The translations under genes were made by a program, and so were the position numbers. A stretch of 63,854 bases of DNA, filler included, from an uncultured Methanosarcinales archaeon (GTDB taxonomy: Archaea > Nanobdellota > Nanobdellia > Woesearchaeales > CAYXTQ01), in NCBI GenBank assembly GCA_964608065.1. It is 4 parts of 4 records of this genome, joined end to end, with 100 filler letters (N's around TTAATTAATTAA, not from the genome) between each part and the next. Parts side by side here need not be neighbours in the genome. Positions count along the whole stretch, not along the records: positions 48,888 to 63,854 come from CAZSMA010000032.1; 3 more parts are not named here. The stretch is one strand, 5' to 3'. This document shows, one piece after another, positions 61,110 through 63,854 of this stretch. The notes beneath the pieces are model-generated. The model made no database searches. It was not told where the DNA came from and saw only the letters and a program-made list of their open reading frames with translations. Within the stretch, counting starts at the first letter, position 1, and each line of letters opens with the position of its first letter.

Positions 61110-61376
61110 TCAATCTATACTCACAACATTGGTTGTCTTAAGAAATATCCCTTGCTCTCTAAGATTGACAACTTTCTCTATATCTTCTCTTTTTATCTCC
61201 ATAAAAGAATTATAATTGTCTGTATTCAGCTTTTTGATTATATATTTGAATGTATCAATCTTAGTCCTTAATATAAATCCCATAATCTTATTCTTACCTA
61301 TGCATTTATGACATATAAAATTAGAACCTAGTATCTCAAGCCACTGGTTTTCCTTTTTGCAGTTGTCACACTTCAT
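61110..61376 (-). CDS. Hypothetical protein with an N-terminal Zn ribbon
   Basis: CDNC...CHKC; TATA-like element upstream. Confidence 0.55.
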   Translation of the reverse strand: MKCDNCKKENQWLEILGSNFICHKCIGKNKIMGFILRTKIDTFKYIIKKLNTDNYNSFMEIKREDIEKVVNLREQGIFLKTTNVVSID

Positions 61377-61418
61377 ATAATTGAAAATTAGAATATAGTT
61401 TAAAAATATATCGTTTCT

Positions 61419-62339
61419 CTATTCCAAAATCTCAACATCATCAACAATTCCATCTGAATCCAAATCAACACCTTCAACAACCTTAGCCATTATTTTATTA
61501 TCAAACTTATTTCCTTTTATCACTTCACTAAAATATTTAATAAAAGCAATCATCACAGCCCTTGTCCCAGAATGTCTTTTACCAGCAACTAACAACAACT
61601 TCTTCTTAGGATTAAACGGATTCTTGACCTTAACTATAACACCTGTTTCATCTGATAAATACTCTTTCCCAGAAAACGATTTAATCTTCCAGTTATCTTC
61701 TTTAATAAACTTCACAGGCAATTTATCATTTATTCTTAAACTAATAGAATTAACAACAGGCCCCCCAATCAATATCAGATTCTTCTCTAAATCCTCTTTC
61801 CTTGCTTCAGTATCTAGTCTTACATTTAAACTGGGAATATAATTCAAAAAAGTTCCTAAAAACAAAGCAAGATCTATCCCATAATAACCATCCTTGCTCC
61901 TTGCTTTCTCAGGACCATGAGGATCAGGGCTTCCTACAATAATAACAGCATTCAGATTACCATTCTCAATAAAAGGCTCTAAAAAAGATTTAGGTCTTTC
62001 ACTCAGACCAGCCAGTTTACTGGTTTCCTGGAACTCCTTGAACTTTACAACAAAGCTTGGCTTAACTAATTTATAAAAATTAGCCACAGCTCCTGAAACA
62101 ACCTCTGTTTTACTTACTTCAATTACTTTCGCTTTCTCTAAATTCCTTACATGATAATATACTTTCTGCTCATGTACATTTAATTTCTTGGCAATCTCTT
62201 TAGGATAACTTATTTTTTCACCAATAACCTTCAAAATATCCTGAGCCAATTTACTGCTTATAGATCTAATACTCTTGAACTCTAATTCCTTAGCAGGTAA
62301 TGAAACTACTTTCTCTTTGTTTTTATCAACAACATACAT
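61419..62339 (-). CDS. ArsR-type HTH fused to an S-layer-C-like domain
   Basis: YPKEIAKKLNVHEQKVYYHV..LEKA; IVGSPDPHGP; NLILIGGPVVN; LLVAG...GT. Confidence 0.8.
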   Translation of the reverse strand: MYVVDKNKEKVVSLPAKELEFKSIRSISSKLAQDILKVIGEKISYPKEIAKKLNVHEQKVYYHVRNLEKAKVIEVSKTEVVSGAVANFYKLVKPSFVVKFKEFQETSKLAGLSERPKSFLEPFIENGNLNAVIIVGSPDPHGPEKARSKDGYYGIDLALFLGTFLNYIPSLNVRLDTEARKEDLEKNLILIGGPVVNSISLRINDKLPVKFIKEDNWKIKSFSGKEYLSDETGVIVKVKNPFNPKKKLLLVAGKRHSGTRAVMIAFIKYFSEVIKGNKFDNKIMAKVVEGVDLDSDGIVDDVEILE

Positions 62340-62424
62340 AATAACACCGTTATAATTTAATTTATAATACTATTATAAATATTTTAGTAACACTTATATA
62401 TAAGCTTTACTAATTTTTGCTAAA

Positions 62425-63759
62425 ATGAACAAATTATTCGGTACAGACGGTATAAGAGGGAAAGCCAATATTTATCCAATGACATCTGAAATAATGGTCA
62501 AATTAGGCAAATCTGCAGCCTTAACATTCAAAAATAAACATAAATCAAAGATTCTGATAGGAAAAGACACTAGAATCTCAGGCTATATCTTAGAGACAGC
62601 CTTGACCTCAGGAATATGCTCTTCAGGAGCAGATGTGCTGTTAGTAGGAGTTTTACCAACACCAGCTATAGCGCATTTAACACAAAACCTTAATGCAGAT
62701 GCTTCTATAATGATTACAGCATCACACAACCCTGCTGAAGACAATGGAGTCAAGTTTTTCTCAGAAAAAGGAATAAAACTTCCAGATAAAACAGAAAAAA
62801 AAATAGAATCATTAATTCTTGATAATAAATTCCCAGAGTCAGAACAAACAGGCAAAGCATACAAACTTCATGATGCTAAATCCAGGTATATTGAATTTGC
62901 AAAAAACACAATAAAATCCAACTTAAAACATATAAAGATTGTAATAGACTGTGCAAATGGTGCTGCATTTAAAGTAGCTCCAATTATTTTCCAGGAACTA
63001 GGAGCAGAAACAATAATCTTAAACAACAATCCAGATGGACTGAACATAAACAAAGAATGTGGAGCATTACACCCAGAAGTTATCAGCAAAGAAGTAAAAA
63101 AAAATAAAAGCAATATTGGAATAGCTTTTGATGGAGATGCTGATAGAGTCATAATCTCAGATGAACAAGGCAATATCTTAAACGGAGACCACATCATGGC
63201 AATATGCGCAATACAGATGCTAAAAGAAAAAAAACTAAACAAAAAAACATTAGTAACTACAATCTACTCAAACTTAGGATTAGACAAAGCAATTGAAAAA
63301 CAAGGTGGAAAAGTCATTAGAGTTAAAAACGGAGACCGTTACGTAATTGAAGAAATGTTAAAAAACAATTATAATTTTGGTGGTGAACGCTCAGGACATA
63401 TTATTTTCTCAGATTACACAACTACTGGTGATGGAATTATAGCAGCATTAAGGATTTTAGAAATAATGAAAAAAACCAACAAACCATTATCAGAACTAAA
63501 ACAATGCTTAGAAGAATTTCCGCAAGTTTTAATAAACATTAAAGTCAAACAAAAAATCCCTTTTGAAAAACTGCCTGAAGTTAATAAAGCAATAAAACAA
63601 ACAGAAAACAAATTAAAAGAAAACGGAAGATTATTAATAAGATACAGCGGAACAGAAAACATAGTCAGGATAATGATAGAAGGACCGAACAAGGAATTAA
63701 TCACAAAATTAGCAAACAATATTGCAGACAAAATCAAGGAGTCAAAATGCAATTCATAA
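62425..63759 (+). CDS. glmM: Phosphoglucosamine mutase
   Basis: LFGTDGIRG, GKDTRISG, TASHNP, DGDADR, GGERSGH, RYSGTE. Confidence 0.93.
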   Translation: MNKLFGTDGIRGKANIYPMTSEIMVKLGKSAALTFKNKHKSKILIGKDTRISGYILETALTSGICSSGADVLLVGVLPTPAIAHLTQNLNADASIMITASHNPAEDNGVKFFSEKGIKLPDKTEKKIESLILDNKFPESEQTGKAYKLHDAKSRYIEFAKNTIKSNLKHIKIVIDCANGAAFKVAPIIFQELGAETIILNNNPDGLNINKECGALHPEVISKEVKKNKSNIGIAFDGDADRVIISDEQGNILNGDHIMAICAIQMLKEKKLNKKTLVTTIYSNLGLDKAIEKQGGKVIRVKNGDRYVIEEMLKNNYNFGGERSGHIIFSDYTTTGDGIIAALRILEIMKKTNKPLSELKQCLEEFPQVLINIKVKQKIPFEKLPEVNKAIKQTENKLKENGRLLIRYSGTENIVRIMIEGPNKELITKLANNIADKIKESKCNS

Positions 63760-63854
63760 TATTAGCAGCTGGAAAAAGCACTAGAACCTATCCATTAACT
63801 TTAAATAAACCTAAGCCTCTGTTAAAAATAGCCAATAAGCCAATTCTACAGCAC
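63747..63854 (+). CDS. glmU: GlmU-type nucleotidyltransferase N-terminus (continues at 16634)
   Basis: SD AAGGAG; MQFIILAAGKSTRTYPLTLNKPKPLLKIANKPILQH; last 55 bp identical to 16633-16687. Confidence 0.9.
   Translation, partial: MQFIILAAGKSTRTYPLTLNKPKPLLKIANKPILQH

Noticed and set aside
63800..63854. Biological direct repeat or circular element
   Set aside because: Exact contig-end overlap inside glmU is best explained by the assembly graph

Overview
AT-rich archaeal sequence, most likely a DPANN (Woesearchaeota-like) metagenome bin. Support for that call: archaeal rps2, RadB, MBF1, AK6, TRAM and AglB genes, TATA-box promoters, a stand-alone 5S rRNA and 'K-S|QVTIF' prepilin-type proteins. 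The window is four contigs joined by artificial N/TTAATTAATTAA linkers (1-16532, 16633-32792, 32893-48787 with one 100-N scaffold gap, 48888-63854). The last 55 bp are identical to 16633-16687, so contig 4 continues into contig 2 and restores a glmM-glmU-glmS operon. Contig 1 holds the most novel region, a ~14 kb minus-strand cluster of secreted or surface proteins. It contains two paralogous giant Ig-like plus Cys-rich proteins, two paralogous ~750-aa class III signal-peptide proteins, a Cys-rich membrane-anchored protein and a secreted annexin-like ORF missed by the ORF track. Small regulator or toxin-antitoxin genes (RHH, HEPN-MNT, Cas2/VapD-like) head its segments, and two of them sit downstream of helically phased repeat arrays. 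Contigs 2-3 are a large glycosylation region: UDP-GlcA/UDP-xylose, UDP-HexNAcA, GDP-D-rhamnose-type and GDP-heptose pathways, two B12 radical SAM enzymes, many glycosyltransferases and an AglB N-terminus. Contig 4 is mostly housekeeping, plus a tandem pair of degenerate AglB-like proteins with a processive GT2. A family of short double-hairpin (REP-like) elements is dispersed across contigs. All product calls come from motif recognition by eye; no searches were run.
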